Source of the DNA: Octopus bimaculoides
Lineage: Eukaryota
DNA length: 64,000 nt
NCBI RefSeq assembly: GCF_001194135.2
Contig: NC_068989.1
Coordinates: 10,248,645-10,312,644 of the forward strand
Direction of reading: 5' to 3'
Both the position numbers and the translations under genes were made by a program. Shown here in pieces: positions 49,178 to 62,672 of this stretch (positions within the stretch are counted from its first letter, which is position 1; every line of letters begins with the position of its first letter). The notes below the pieces were generated by a model. The model did not search any database. It was not told the origin of the DNA and saw only the letters and a program-made list of their open reading frames with translations.

Positions 49178-50941
49178 CTGGACTCTCCCATCGAAGACAA
49201 CGTATGAGTGCTCAGCCTTTGCCAAATATCCTGCACAAATGATGTTTATAGTGATCAAAGGTATGTGCTGTACATTAGCTCACGCTCTTCGACAATTCAA
49301 CATTGCCTGAACAGATGCATGGTGTATCATGCATCACGTGTCAGATTGCCCTTGGGCAAGTGTCTTTTGCTATAGTTCAGGGTTGACCTTGTGAATTGGT
49401 AGACAGAAATTGTGTGGAAACATTTTGTATATGTGAATATATACACATATGTGCATGTATTTGTGTACATGCATGCATACGTGTGTGTCAATGTTTGTCC
49501 CCCAGAGTTGGTTTGTTTATGTTCCTATAAAACAATAAGTACTAGAGTTGATATGTTTGTCTAAAACCCTTTAAGAAATGGTGCCTCAGCATGGCCACAG
49601 CCCAAAGGCAAGACAGAAAAGTATTTATTTGTTAATTGAATGTTCTCAGAAATGAAAAACAAACTGGAGTATTATTTCTCAAAACACCACTAAAATAATT
49701 ACTCAATATTCAATTGTAAAAACCTCTGTTTGAGGAAACGACATCAAATAATTGAAAAAGTTTAATGAGATTAGTCTAACTCGACTACAAAAAATAATTA
49801 CAGTATTTAATCTACAATCAAAACCACTTTCTTCCTTTAAGAATATATTTTTAAAGGAATTATCAAAATGTTAATCCTCTGGAAGTCCTTTTGATTGTTT
49901 TAAAATCAATGCTGTATACAAACAAGACCACAACAGAATTACAACTTAAAACAACATTCACTAACCTGCGCAACTAATTATATGCAAACTACAAAATGAA
50001 GAAAACCACAACAAACCGACCATTGGCATAGGGGTCGACATACAGAAATATTTACTGATACGAGAATGGGTTGGATAAAAATAAACCTGAAAGCTTTTAC
50101 AAATGGAAATAAATTTGAGTTTAGAGATTTGATTACCAACTACTAACAATAAAGTTGCTGTTTCAGTATTCCTACAAGTAAATCTACATGGGATATATTA
50201 CACCCATGAATAGTTTTCCGCTGTTGTGAAAGAAACAACACAATGCTATATTCATTTAACCCATATAAGAATTGATAATGTTTTCTAATGCACACATGGC
50301 TGATTATATGGGGCAGGGTAAGAAGGAAGAAAAGTAAATTGAGCTATATCCTTTTACGTTTTACATTGTGAAGGTACATGACCTAGTGGTTGGAGCATTG
50401 CAATCACAATGATCGTGGGTTCGGTTCTCTGGCCAGGTAGTGTGTCGTATTCTTGAGCAAAACATTCATTTTATGTTACTCTAGTGCTATGTGGGGGGCA
50501 GCATGTCAAAGAATAGGCCCAACTTTTCTTCATGTCGTAAAAGGTGACTAAAGAGTCTGAGGTAGGATTTGCACACCAACCTCGTAAAACCCTCATCAGC
50601 AATGAATACCCAAACAGATCCATGGGATGAAGGATTGTTGCCATAGTGGTGCAAAGATGTCATCCACCAGAAGTAGGGAATCATCAAGAAATGGTGGATG
50701 CAGCAATGCACTATTACAGTGCATGCCCCCATACGACTACTACTACTCATTGGACTGTGGTCATATTGGGGCACTGCCTTGAAGGGTTTAGTCAAACAAA
50801 TTGACCCCAGTACTTACTGTTTTAAGTATGGTACGTATTCTATCAGACACTTGCCCAAGGTGCCATGCAGTGGTTGGAAAATGAACTTCTTAACCACACA
50901 TACACATGCACACACGCACATGCAGATGCACACATACAGAG

Positions 50942-51173
50942 AGGCAGCGAGCTGGCAGAACCGTTAGCACGCGGGGCGAAATGCTTAGCGGTAATTCGTC
51001 TGCCGCTACACTCCGAGTTCAAATTCCGCCGAGGTCGACTTTGCCTTTCATCCTTTCGGGGTCAATTAAATAAGTACCAGTTATGCACTGGGGTCGATAT
51101 AATCGATTTAATCCGTTTGTCTGTCCTTGTTTGTCCCCTCTGTGTGTAGCCCCTTGTGAGTAGTAAAGAAATA
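50942..51173 (+). mobile_element. SINE family C, full length, tail type ii, young
   Basis: Colinear with 19772-19992; TSD GCACACATACAGAG(AGGC) at 50928 and 51174. Confidence 0.93.
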
Positions 51174-51357
51174 GCACACATACAGAGAGGCTGGCAAAGA
51201 TCAGACAGTAATAAATAAATAATTTCTAAATTAAGCATAGCACCACAACTTTTCAGAAAAAGTACGGCAGATTAGATCAACCCCATTAACTGCTGGTTCT
51301 TGGTTTACTGACCCCGCCACACGAACAGAAAAATGAAACGCAAAGTAAACTCTAGCT

Positions 51358-51626
51358 CAGTGGTTCCCAGTATTCTTTGGGCTGCCGCCCCCTTTGCACT
51401 TGGGTCACAATCCTAATGCACCACCCACCTACTCACTACCAATCACAAACATTGATCACTTTCTGCAGCAAATTCAAAACAACTGTATTTCACAATTAAA
51501 ACTTAAACCTAATTAACCCATTATTTTTGTTGTCCCTAGATGCATTTCTCCCTTCTGGCCACCCCCATTATTGTCCCGCTTCTCTTCAATGCCCCACCTG
51601 AATACTGTCCACTTTGGAAACCACTA
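51358..51626. mobile_element. hAT (Charlie-type) MITE inserted in a decayed minus-strand SINE C
   Basis: CAGTGGTTCCCA...TTGGAAACCACTA; perfect 8-bp TSD CTCTAGCT at 51350-51357 and 51627-51634. Confidence 0.9.
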
Positions 51627-52621
51627 CTCTAGCTGGATCTGACTGAATATGTATAGAATATGCAACCATCATCCCAGAATCAATCCTCCATTCACTGTCC
51701 TTATAAATAATAAATAAATGATTAAAAAATATGCTCTTTGTGACCTGATCATAATATATTTACTTTTACTCATCACTTAGATTCAATATTTTTCCACAAG
51801 TCACTCTCATGTTTGCTTATTTTGTTCACATTAGTTTTACAGTTTATTTACCATATATGATATTTTCATTTTGCTCTTAAATAATATAATTAAATGAACA
51901 TATATATTTTCAGGTTAAGATAACATTTTTTCCTCTTTTTTTTTCTTTTTACATCATGAAATAGAATTTATTCTTCGGTTGTTGGCATTTTCATGAAAAA
52001 AAAACAAAACAAAAATAGAGAAAAATTTCAATTATGAGAAGTGTATTATTAAATACAATATGTTCCATATGTGCTTAAGATCTAACTACAGTAGAGTTTT
52101 AGGAATGATGGTCTTACAATGAAAAGTAAGTTACAGAACTTAAAAGGTTAAGTCAGCTAGTTTGTACAAAAAAATAAGGTAGGGAAACTACAAGGAGTAA
52201 GCCTTGGTTATAATAGAGGCCATTAAACTAAATCAATGCATAATAACTATTATTGATTTCTAACGATGGCAACCAACCAAAGCATCTACTATAGCCCCAG
52301 GCCAACCAAAGCCTTGTGAGTGGATTTGATAGGTGGAAACTGAAAGAAGTCCATCGAGTGTGTGAGTGTGTGCATGCATGTATTTGTATGTACCCTTGCG
52401 TAGACATCATTTTTGATCATGAGAAATGGTAGCTAGCCCCTAGTTTCAACTCTCCTCTTTTTAGCCAGGCTTAGGATAGGTCAGCATCCTCGTTTGGATA
52501 ATGAACCAGGTGGAGATCAACTAGTTCGGAAGCATTGAGTGACCTAGTATTTAACAGGTACTTTTTTTGTTGTTGTTGTATCTATAAAGATGAAAAGTAA
52601 AAGTGACCTTGAGGGGATTTC

Positions 52622-52685
52622 ACCATGGCACCAGTGACCATGGCACCAGTGACCATGGCACCAGTGACCATGGCACCAGTGACCA
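52622..52685. repeat. 15-bp tandem repeat (ACCATGGCACCAGTG)x4.3
   Basis: Four perfect units inside a decayed SINE C-like sequence. Confidence 0.95.
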
Positions 52686-52844
52686 GAATGCATAGAGCTA
52701 GAATAAATACCACAAAAAATTTGTCAGACACTCTAATGAGTCTGCCAATTAACAATAGTTATTTAATTATAAGGTATCAATAATAAATAGATGATTTTGA
52801 TTTATGTTTTTTTATGTTAGTCATTCCTCCAACTTTTTTCATCA

Positions 52845-53262
52845 TCATCATTTAATGACCACTTTTCTATGCTTGCATGGGTCAGGCAGAATTTATTGAG
52901 GCAGATTTTCAACAGGTAGATGCCCTTTCAGTAGCCAACCTTCATCTGTTTCCTAGCAAGCTAATATTTTCCCATAGCCTGGACATGTTTTTCACAGAAG
53001 ACTGAAAATGAACAATCTCATGTGTATGATGACGATGATGATGCACATTTACAACCATCATATGAGATCTTCACAACAATACATACAAACACACACACAC
53101 ATACAACAAGCTTCTTTCAGTTTCCACATATGAAATCCACTCACAAGGCTTTGACTGGTCCGAGGCTATAGTAGAAGACACTTGCCCAGGGTGCCATGCA
53201 ATAGGACTGAACCTAGAACTGTGTGGTTGGGAAGCAAGCTTCTTAACCACACAGCCATGCCT
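52845..53262 (-). mobile_element. Chimeric SINE A2: family A head + microsatellite hinge + D'-type body and (GAT)n tail
   Basis: Head at 53100-53262 matches family A; 52845-53080 matches 47580-47830 and the family D 3' end. Confidence 0.75.
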
Positions 53263-53269
53263 GAAGATA

Positions 53270-53468
53270 AATATTGCTTTGAAATTTTGGCACAAGTTCA
53301 GGGTGGGGAGGCAAGTCAATTACATTGACCCCCAGGACTCAACTGGTACTTACTTTATCAACCACAAAAGGACGAAAGGCAAAGTCAACCTTAGCGGAAT
53401 TTGAACTCTGAACGAAATGCTGCTAAGCATTGGTGCTCAACATGGTAACGATTCTACCAGCTCACCGT
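53270..53468 (-). mobile_element. SINE family C, tail type i
   Basis: TTTGAAATTTTGGCACAAG..AACTGGTACTTACTTTATCAACC..AAAGGCAAAGTCAACCTTAGCGGAATTTGAACTC. Confidence 0.82.
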
Positions 53469-53857
53469 TTTATGCTTGCAGATAAATATTAGTTCCAAAT
53501 TCAACACAGACAGTAGACGTCACCAGTCAGTCTCAATTTTGATTAAATATGTCATCTACGTTGGTGGTTCGTTTAGGTTGCCACCCCGCCACCAATTTAT
53601 GAGCTGTTACCAAGCAGTAATGATGTCCAATTTTGGAGGTGATATATGTACAGTTTACTTCAAAATAGCAGTAGTCACCAACCTGTACTAGTATAGCAAT
53701 TACTCATCTTTTGTGGCTGATGTCCACGCCAGTCTAACACTTGTACATTATACAATATTTTTAAGAGATGATAATCAATAATACCAATGAATACATGCAG
53801 AGAGAGAGAGAGAGAGTGTGAGTGTGAGTGTGAGTGTGTGTGTGTGCGCGTGCGCGT

Positions 53858-53891
<34 letters not shown>

Positions 53892-54789
53892 ACACATGAC
53901 AGACAGAGACAGGCAGATGGGGAGAGAGAGAGGGAGTTCAGCTGTTGTCGTTTCATATACATTAATAACAAAGTTGGTAGAAGTACTAATACATTCATGA
54001 ATGTATTAGTGTTGGAAAAAATTGCTATAGTCAGCAGAGACTGAAGCTCAGCTAATTACAGACAAACTGTTGGCATTGGCTGAAACCCCATGCTTCACAC
54101 AATCTACTAACGGAGTGTATATACACATCAAAAGATCAAACCAAAAAGAGTGAAAAAAAAAATTGACACCCCAAAAACCAATACACTAAAATTAGAAGTA
54201 TGCTGTCAGCAGATCCATAAAAACACCACAGGCTGAAGGGAAATATGGAAAAAAATTAAACACCTTACATACATACATAAATATATACATATATATATAT
54301 TTAAACAGCTGACACCTCTCAGAATACATAGGCATTTTTGTTTTAGAGTTTAGCACAGTTAGTCAAGCGTACAATGAAAATATGGGAAAAATAGAGGTAA
54401 AAGATGTTTCAATTACAGAAGATGCAAACAGAAAGAGATAAAATCAGTGCCATATGAAATTGATTGCCATTAAAAAGGAGGGGAAGAGAAAAAAAAAAGA
54501 AATAATTCAATAAAAACATTTCAAATCTATTTTTGCTTTCCTCCCTTAAGCAAAATATTTTTCCAAGAAACAGATATGTAACTCCTTAGCAGAACTATAT
54601 GTCTACTTTTGTCAGACTAATTATTAGAGGAATGAATAAGAGCTTAATCATCTTTTGTGTTGATACCTAAACTGTTTCCAACATTCGTCCAGCTACATTC
54701 AAATGGTATGTTTTGTTTTGTTGTTTTTTGTTATTGTGTGTGTGATTTATAGTTTGTAAATAAAAGAGAAAAGATAGTACTCAATACAT

Positions 54790-55452
54790 AGAATGGCTGT
54801 GTGGTTAAGAAACTTGCTTTGCAACCATGCAGTTTCAGGTAGAATTCCACCATGTGACACCTTGGGCAAATGTCTTCTACTGCAGTGCTACTCAAAGCGG
54901 TGGTCCGTGGACCGGTGCCAGTCCACGAGCCATCAGCTGCCAGTATGTGGCGAGTTTCCAGTAAAGAAAGAAACATTATAAAATACTTATGTAATATTGT
55001 ATTATTTGTTTACAAAATAAATATAAGATAAAAAAATTGTCAACTTTTATTGTATTCATTATGTATATTGTTTCCGGTATAAATTAATATTACTAAGAAA
55101 TATTACCGGTACCTGGGACATTGGATTAAAAAAAAAACTGCCAGTACGCCACATCAGATAGTTTGAGAAGCACTGTTCTACTGCACCCCAGGCCAACTAA
55201 TGCCTTGCAAGTGAATTCAGTAGATGGAGACTGTGAAGAAGCCCACTGTATATTTATATATGCATGAACTTCTACTTGTTCCCCTGCCCACCACTTGAAA
55301 ATGTGTGTCGGGTTGTTTACCTTTTGGTAACTTTGTAGTTTGGTAAAATTATGACCAATAGAAAAAGTACTAGACTATGGTTGATCTGTCCAACCAACAT
55401 CCATCAAGACGGTGCCCCAGCATGGCCACAGTCCAATGACTGAAACAAGTAA
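54790..55452 (+). mobile_element. SINE family A interrupted by a hAT MITE
   Basis: Head at 54790-54882, resuming at 55184 (CACCCCAGGCCAAC) to the tail GACTGAAACAAGTAAAAG. Confidence 0.82.
54883..55175. mobile_element. hAT-type MITE (293 bp)
   Basis: TIR CAGTGCTACTCAAA / TTTGAGAAGCACTG; perfect 8-bp TSD TTCTACTG at 54875-54882 and 55176-55183. Confidence 0.93.
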
Positions 55453-57106
55453 AAGCTAAAAAGTTATAATTACTTAAACTGAGGATTTGAGTGCTACTCA
55501 AGCTTCACAATCTTTCAGGCAACTCGAAAATTGAAGAGCATTAAAACTCTTGTGAAAGTGAAATCCTTTAAATTACATGCTCGATGCCTTTCATCCTTTT
55601 GTGGTTGATAAAATAAGTATCAGTTGAGTCCTAGGGTCAATGTAGTTGACTTAACCCCTCTTCCTGAACTTGTGCCAAAATTTCAAAGCAATATTTATCT
55701 TATAATATAAAATGACTCCAATTCAATTTTTTATAATTTGAATTCCTTTGCCAAATGGTGAATTTTGATCTGACGCTCCCACAATTTCGTAACTTAAAAG
55801 ACCCATCCAAAGAAACAAAATAAACTTGCCAACCCCACTAAATTCTTTCTGCCTTGTTGATGGGTACCCAAAATGCACGCATTTCCTCCAGCTAAGATTT
55901 ATGCCATAAACTATTCCTGTAATAAAACAGCATTGTTGCATTAGATAAAAAGTTGAAAACCATGTGATTTCGATAAAGGAAGTTTGACTTCAATCCTAAT
56001 TCACGAAAATGCAAATATGGAGGAAAATATGACATCTGATTGGAGAATTTATGAATTCGTAAATAGAGACAGAAGAGAAGAGGTTAACAGTCTTAATCAA
56101 TCATAATGATTCCTCACCAGAAATTGAAAACTAGTTTCATTCGCATTTTAATAATGAAATATAAAAAGAAAAAGAAAGAAAATAATGAAACGGTAGAAGC
56201 ATATTCAATCTCAACTTTTCTGTCAATCAAAGCTAGACATCAGGGTATTAAAAATATACTCAGCACAAATTGATTCATGGAAAATAGATCATCATCATCA
56301 TCATCATCATCATCAAATTAGTCTAACATCTGTTTTCCATACTGATACACATTGGACAGATCTGCAGATAACTTTATCTCCAGCATCCATCAGCCTGTTC
56401 CATCCGTGTGGGAGATGATCTTATTAACTTCTCCAAAATCTTCCAATGATTAGTTTTATCCCAACAAAATAACTGCCTGTTCACTGCACACTGCTCACAC
56501 AGTTCAAATAAACTTATTTGTTCTGAACAGCATTCCAGCTATTGTTATCTTTGTCTTGTTTTGTTTTGTTTTGTTTTATTGTTTGTTGTTACTGCAAGAC
56601 GTACACGTTATCTCATCGAGACATGAATTCTAAAATACCAGAAACAGAAGCCACTCATTTCTTCTATATCAGAGTAAAGTGCTGCTAAAGTGAATATATA
56701 AATTTGTTGTTGCAGGTATCCAAAATACTTCTAATTGAGCATCACATGAATATCTAACAGCTCAACATAACCATCCAGATTATTAGATTCCAACAACCAG
56801 TTTTATTGCATCATACATAAATAAAGGCTTTTAAAGCTTCCTCACTAACACTAGGTAATCCCACTACGACCTATAAATCATGGGCCCTTTGACCTTTCAG
56901 GCAACAATAACCTCCTCACGTTCTTTCTCTCTCTCTCTCCAATTACAATCAGCCTGTAACCATGACAGCTCCCTACATATTTACATACCCAACACATTCT
57001 ACTGTTTAATAACAGTAATTCATAACATTTAACACCATCAACATCCAGAACATAGCTTGAAAACAGAATCACATCATCATTACTTTACATCATGAACAAC
57101 CAACAC

Positions 57107-57137
<31 letters not shown>

Positions 57138-58014
57138 TAGCATGCAACCATCAAGTACCATCTCCAAAGCAGTCCATATTTCAAACATAAAACCCCAAAG
57201 TCAGAACTCATTAAGTACAACAATTACAACACTAGTCAATAAAGATACAATATTTACTCTGCCTTGAGAAAGCTCACCCTTACTTGAAAAGAGATACCTC
57301 AGATGCAAACATGAGACTAAACTAGAACTAAAATAACTACCTGATAGGTAAACCCTGTAAAACAAATTTGCCACAAACCCACTTCTAAGGCTATCAGGCT
57401 TCTCCTTATTTTACCAATTCAATAAAAGATTCTTCACATTAACAAAAGATACAGTCAATTGATTTAACCTCAATATGTTTGATGTGCAATTTTATCAATA
57501 TCAAAGAGATGAAACACAGAGTCAACACTGACAGGAAATTTGAACCCAGAACACAGAGGAAGGACTAAATAGTGCAACGCTTATTATAATTCAGTGTTTT
57601 ATTAACTCTACCGTTCCACTACTATACTAGCACTGTTTGCAAATACTGCAAAACATTATCAAGCACAGCAATTACGTCACTAATCGATAAAGATACTACA
57701 GCATATATCATTCACTACAATAAAATACAAAGACGGCCCAGGATTTAATATAGAGGCTACAATACAGCAAAAGTCATAACATATTGCTTCTGTCAAACAC
57801 TTTTCAATGCATTTTTTTTTTCTCTACAATCACTTTGAACTTTGTTTAAAAAAATAAATAAATAAAATTTCCTAATGTCATAGCTTGAATGAGTTATTAA
57901 AACTGCCTCTGACATTTTCAACTCATGCCAAAAAATAAAGCTTCATTATACCGGCTCAGCATTTCAATATATATATATCTCTAAGTACAAGGCTACTAAA
58001 CATTACCATATATA

Positions 58015-58389
58015 NNNNNNNNNNNNNNNNNNNNNNNNNNNNNNNNNNNNNNNNNNNNNNNNNNNNNNNNNNNNNNNNNNNNNNNNNNNNNNNNNNNNNN
58101 NNNNNNNNNNNNNNNNNNNNNNNNNTATATATATATATATATATTGCATAATGTTATTTTTACTGAGTTTGACAGACATTTTAGCGAATACATGACACTA
58201 ATGCAACAACTGTTAAAAACTGCAGGTTATAGCAAAGTTTTAATGTGAACGTTTACAAACACATCTTTGTAAGTCCTATTAACATATAAACACCTGATGC
58301 ATTAAGTAAGACGATATAAATACAGAACATTATTACAGAAATGGAATAATGACATACAAACAATCTCATCTAACTATTCACTTTATTTT

Positions 58390-58472
<83 letters not shown>

Positions 58473-59246
58473 GTGTATATATATATATATATATGTGTAT
58501 ATATATATATATATGTGTATATATATATATATATATGTGTATATATATNNNNNNNNNNNNNNNNNNNNNNNNNNNNNNNNNNNNNNNNNNNNNNNNNNNN
58601 NNNNNNNNNNNNNNNNNNNNNNNNNNNNNNNNNNNNNNNNNNNNNNNNNNNNNNNNNNNNNNNNNNNNNNNNNNNNNNNNNNNNNNNNNNNNNNNNNNNN
58701 NNNNNNNNNNNNNNNNNNNNNNNNNNNNNNNNNNNNNNNNNNNNNNNNNNNNNNNNNNNNNNNNNNNNNNNNNNNNNNNNNNNNNNNNNNNNNNNNNNNN
58801 NNNNNNNNNNNNNNNNNNNNNNNNNNNNNNNNNNNNNNNNNNNNNNNNNNNNNNNNNNNNNNNNNNNNNNNNNNNNNNNNNNNNNNNNNNNNNNNNNNNN
58901 NNNNNNNNNNNNNNNNNNNNNNNNNNNNNNNNNNNNNNNNNNNNNNNNNNNNNNNNNNNNNNNNNNNNNNNNNNNNNNNNNNNNNNNNNNNNNNNNNNNN
59001 NNNNNNNNNNNNNNNNNNNNNNNNNNNNNNNNNNNNNNNNNNNNNNNNNNNNNNNNNNNNNNNNNNNNNNNNNNNNNNNNNNNNNNNNNNNNNNNNNNNN
59101 NNNNNNNNNNNNNNNNNNNNNNNNNNNNNNNNNNNNNNNNNNNNNNNNNNNNNNNNNNNNNNNNNNNNNNNNNNNNNNNNNNNNNNNNNNNNNNNNNNNN
59201 NNNNNNNNNNNNNNNNNNNNNNNNNNNNNNNNNNNNNNNNNNNNNN

Positions 59247-59301
<55 letters not shown>
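58015..59301. repeat. (TA)n, (TATATATG)n and (CA)n microsatellites bracketing N gaps (58015-58125, 58549-59246)
   Basis: Direct reading; source of the spurious 290-420 aa ORFs. Confidence 0.95.
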
Positions 59302-59305
<4 letters not shown>

Positions 59306-59899
59306 CGAGGATAATCTACTGTGGGTGGTAGTAGTAGTAGTGAATTTCCCTGCATTCTTATCAGCAAAGTCAGATGTTTTATTGAACAGAAAAGAGTAGC
59401 ATGAAGTTCCTGACATGTGGTGTGAAGGCTTATCATCATTACAGAACTGAATGAGAAACAATAAATAACCAACAACATAAATGTAATAATACACTAAAGT
59501 ATTAACAGGAAGGGATAGATTGGATTTTTGAGGGGTTTTTTTCTTTTCCTTTTTTGTTTTGTTTTTTTCCCCTCTATTGGCCTCTTCACTGATTTTCCAT
59601 TCACCTTGTGGTTTATTCTCAAGCCAGAACATACATACATATAATGGTTTCAGTCACTGTGTACAGTAACTATGTTTTGGCAATGCCTTCAAAAATAGAG
59701 TCAATTATATCAACTGTCTCGTACTCAGCTGGTAGATATTTCATCAACCTTGAAAAGATGAAAGCCAACATCAGCTTGGGCAAGATTTGAATGCAGAGCA
59801 TAAAAGGACATAACCATATACGACCACGCATTCTGTTTGATGGTCTACTGATTCTGTCAGCCACCACATTACATGTATATCTATATATGTGTGTATATA

Positions 59900-60112
59900 T
59901 TTGGGGGGAGGGGGTCAGCTGATTGGATCAGCCCCAGTACGCGACTAGTACTTAATTTATCAACCCCGAAAGCATGAAAGGCAAAGTCGACCTCGACGGA
60001 ATTTGAACTCAGAACGTAAAGACAGACGAAATACCGCTAAGCATTTCACCCGGTGTGCTAACGTTTCTGCCAGCTCGCCACCTTTTTTACTATTTCAAAT
60101 TTTTGCCACAAC
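59900..60112 (-). mobile_element. SINE family C plus the 3' tail of an adjacent second copy (truncated at gap 60122-60176)
   Basis: Full C copy at 59900-60083 followed by ACTATTTCAAATTTTTGCCACA, as at 7698-7719. Confidence 0.85.
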
Positions 60113-60224
60113 ACATATATANNNNNNNNNNNNNNNNNNNNNNNNNNNNNNNNNNNNNNNNNNNNNNNNNNNNNNNATATATATATATATATATATATAT
60201 AAGTCAGTAAATAGTGGGGTTGTG

Positions 60225-60523
60225 TTAACCGCAGAGGTGGTTTCAGCTGGGTTGATATCAAAAAGGTTAAGAATTGTTTCTCTATTATATATTTTAACCC
60301 TTTTGTGTCCATATTTCTGTTGAGATGCTCTGTTCTTCTTTCAATTAATTTTAAATATAACAAAGAATTTAGTAAAATAACTTAGTTATCATTAAGCTGG
60401 TATTAAGAACATAAATTGTGACTAAAGTTTGGTGGAAGATTTTAATTCAAAACTTATGAAAGCAAGACATTTGTACTACAGAGCCAGACCCAGTTTCAGC
60501 CAGGTTGGTATCAAAAGGGTTAA
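60225..60523 (-). mobile_element. TTAA MITE family 1: full copy + 23-bp spacer + start of a second copy
   Basis: Full unit 60298-60519, TTAA, spacer 60271-60293, TTAA, partial unit 60229-60266. Confidence 0.9.
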
Positions 60524-61533
60524 AACAACATTGTTATAGAAAGCAAGTTTTCCTTGCTGGGTTCAGTTAGACTGGTTTTAAGATAACCAAAAGTGTTGAA
60601 GGTGAAATGTTATCTTTACTATTACAAGCAGTTAAATTAGCATTATTCTTGAATACACTTCACCTTTCTTTTCTCATTTCACACTGCATTTCACACGATC
60701 CATCCACATTGTGTTCAGACCTTGCTTCCCAACAAGCCAAAAGACATTAAATGAAAGAAGCTGATAAATGAGGGTTATTTTCATCAAGTTTTATTAAGCC
60801 TGGGACATGGACACACACACCGTGGCAATCATATTAGCAACACATGCCAACAAATGACAAAGTTCAGAGATCCTCGATTCATTATTACTAAAGGCAACAA
60901 AAAACCTCAGTCAAATGAGAAACAGATGAGGGAAGAACAAGATTATAAGACAGCAGCCAATACTATATTAATGGAGTAGTTGAAGAATAATGAAGACTAA
61001 GGATGGTGGCAGTGGTGGTGATGATAATGGAGGAGGAGGAGGTAGAGGATTTACAAGGCAGTAGTAAGTAACAATGATAGCCTTTAACTCATCTGGATTA
61101 GCTGTGTCTATTTTAATCATAGGAAAGAAAAACTATCCCACATTTTACTTATGGAATTTTTGTATGTTATCTTACATTCATCAGCATAATTTCTGAGCAG
61201 TAAATGAAACCGTAACAACTTAATTGACTCATACAACTCAATAACAACTCCATAGTGTAGGAGAGGCAATCAAGACTTTGTTTTGGGTGATCCTTAGTGG
61301 CTTAGTCTCCGTCTAATGTGTGACTAAGGAAGTAAACTCTAAGCTAAGCTGTCAAATTGATAAACACAACCGATAAGGAGGACTGAAGTTTGCTTCTCTT
61401 TTTTTTTTCCTATTGTCTATTGTTAAATAGCTTAAGCTAGATTTTCTGGTTTCCTGAATGACAGATAAATTATAAATATACTTCAGTATGCAGGACTTCT
61501 TCAAACGGGTCAGTAAAAATTATAAGACAGCTG

Positions 61534-61765
61534 TTAACTCTTTTGTTACCATATTTCTTGTTGAGATGCTCTGTGTTTATTTCAATTAATTTTAAATATA
61601 ACAAAGAATTTAGTGAAAATAACTTAGTTATCACCAAGCTAGCATTCAGAACATGAATTGGGACTAAGTTTTGGTAGAAGATTTTAATTCAGAACTTTTG
61701 AAAAGAAGACATTTGTACTACAGAGCCAGAGCCGGTTTCAACTGGGCTGGTATCAAAAGGGTTAA
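61534..61765 (-). mobile_element. TTAA MITE family 1, monomer
   Basis: TTAA|CTCTTTTGTTACCATATTTC...GGTATCAAAAGGG|TTAA; no spacer. Confidence 0.9.
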
Positions 61766-62672
61766 AAAATTGAACTAAATTTCTCTAATCTAGAAAAAAA
61801 AATCTATTGCTATTGTACAGTTTGACTGGAGCCGACAAGCTGGAGAGAAACAGCAAGTTCCAGTCTGATTTGGCCTGGTTTCTACAGTTGGACACTCTTC
61901 CTAATGCTAACCACTTTACAGTGTATGCTGGGTGCTTTTAATGTGCCAAGTGGTTAAGTGGTTTTTACATTGCACTGGCATAAATGTTTTTTACATGGCA
62001 CCAACACAGGACTCTTGCTGGCCAATCCTCTTCACCAGGAGATGTGGTCTTAATAATGATGGTATTTGGCCATGGATTTCATTATTTTCTAAATCAATTG
62101 AAAGAAAAATTGTGTATTCCAGCAGAAATATGGTAATAAAAGGGTTAAACAAGAAGATACAAATATGCTAACAAGCAAACTACGAGACAAAACAGTAGTG
62201 TCAACTAAATGGCAAATGAACACTGGAAGTTACACACACACACACACACTTCCAGAAAGGAAAGTCTGTCAGAAATATGGTTAATAATCCAAGTGATAAT
62301 AAAATAATTTTAAGACAATCATCAAAATGATTTCTATGCCAAATGAATCAATAAGACTGATGAAATATGGAAAAAAAAAAAAAAAGATTATTAATTTACA
62401 AACTTCCCACAATCTATTCACACACCCATCTACATATCTCAAATGTGGAAGGATACTAATTAACATCGTTGATGAATTAAAAGATAAGAACAGCAGAAGA
62501 GCAAAATTAAAAAGATAAATAATGGAAAGGAAGCCAAGAAATCGGTAATTTATCAGCTAGCAGAGTTGTATTATATAATCAATCAAATGGTTAAATTCTT
62601 AGTTCTCTCTTGTTTATAGCTTTAACAATAATTGTAATTTTTTAAATACGTGCGTGTGTATGTCATTTACAT

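Noticed and set aside
53805-53892. Z-DNA-prone (GA)n-(GAGTGT)n-(TG/CG)n tract
   Set aside because: Ordinary compound microsatellite, common in this genome.
59300-59446. Minus-strand candidate exon FCNDDKPSHH..TTTTTTHSRLSS after a good acceptor (TTTCTCATTCAG)
   Set aside because: The only donor available is the start of a (GT)n microsatellite next to a gap, and the peptide is unrecognisable.
58349-59632. ORFs of 290-420 aa, and likewise those at 1668-2610
   Set aside because: They run through N-gaps and (TA)n/(CA)n tracts; not real coding sequence.
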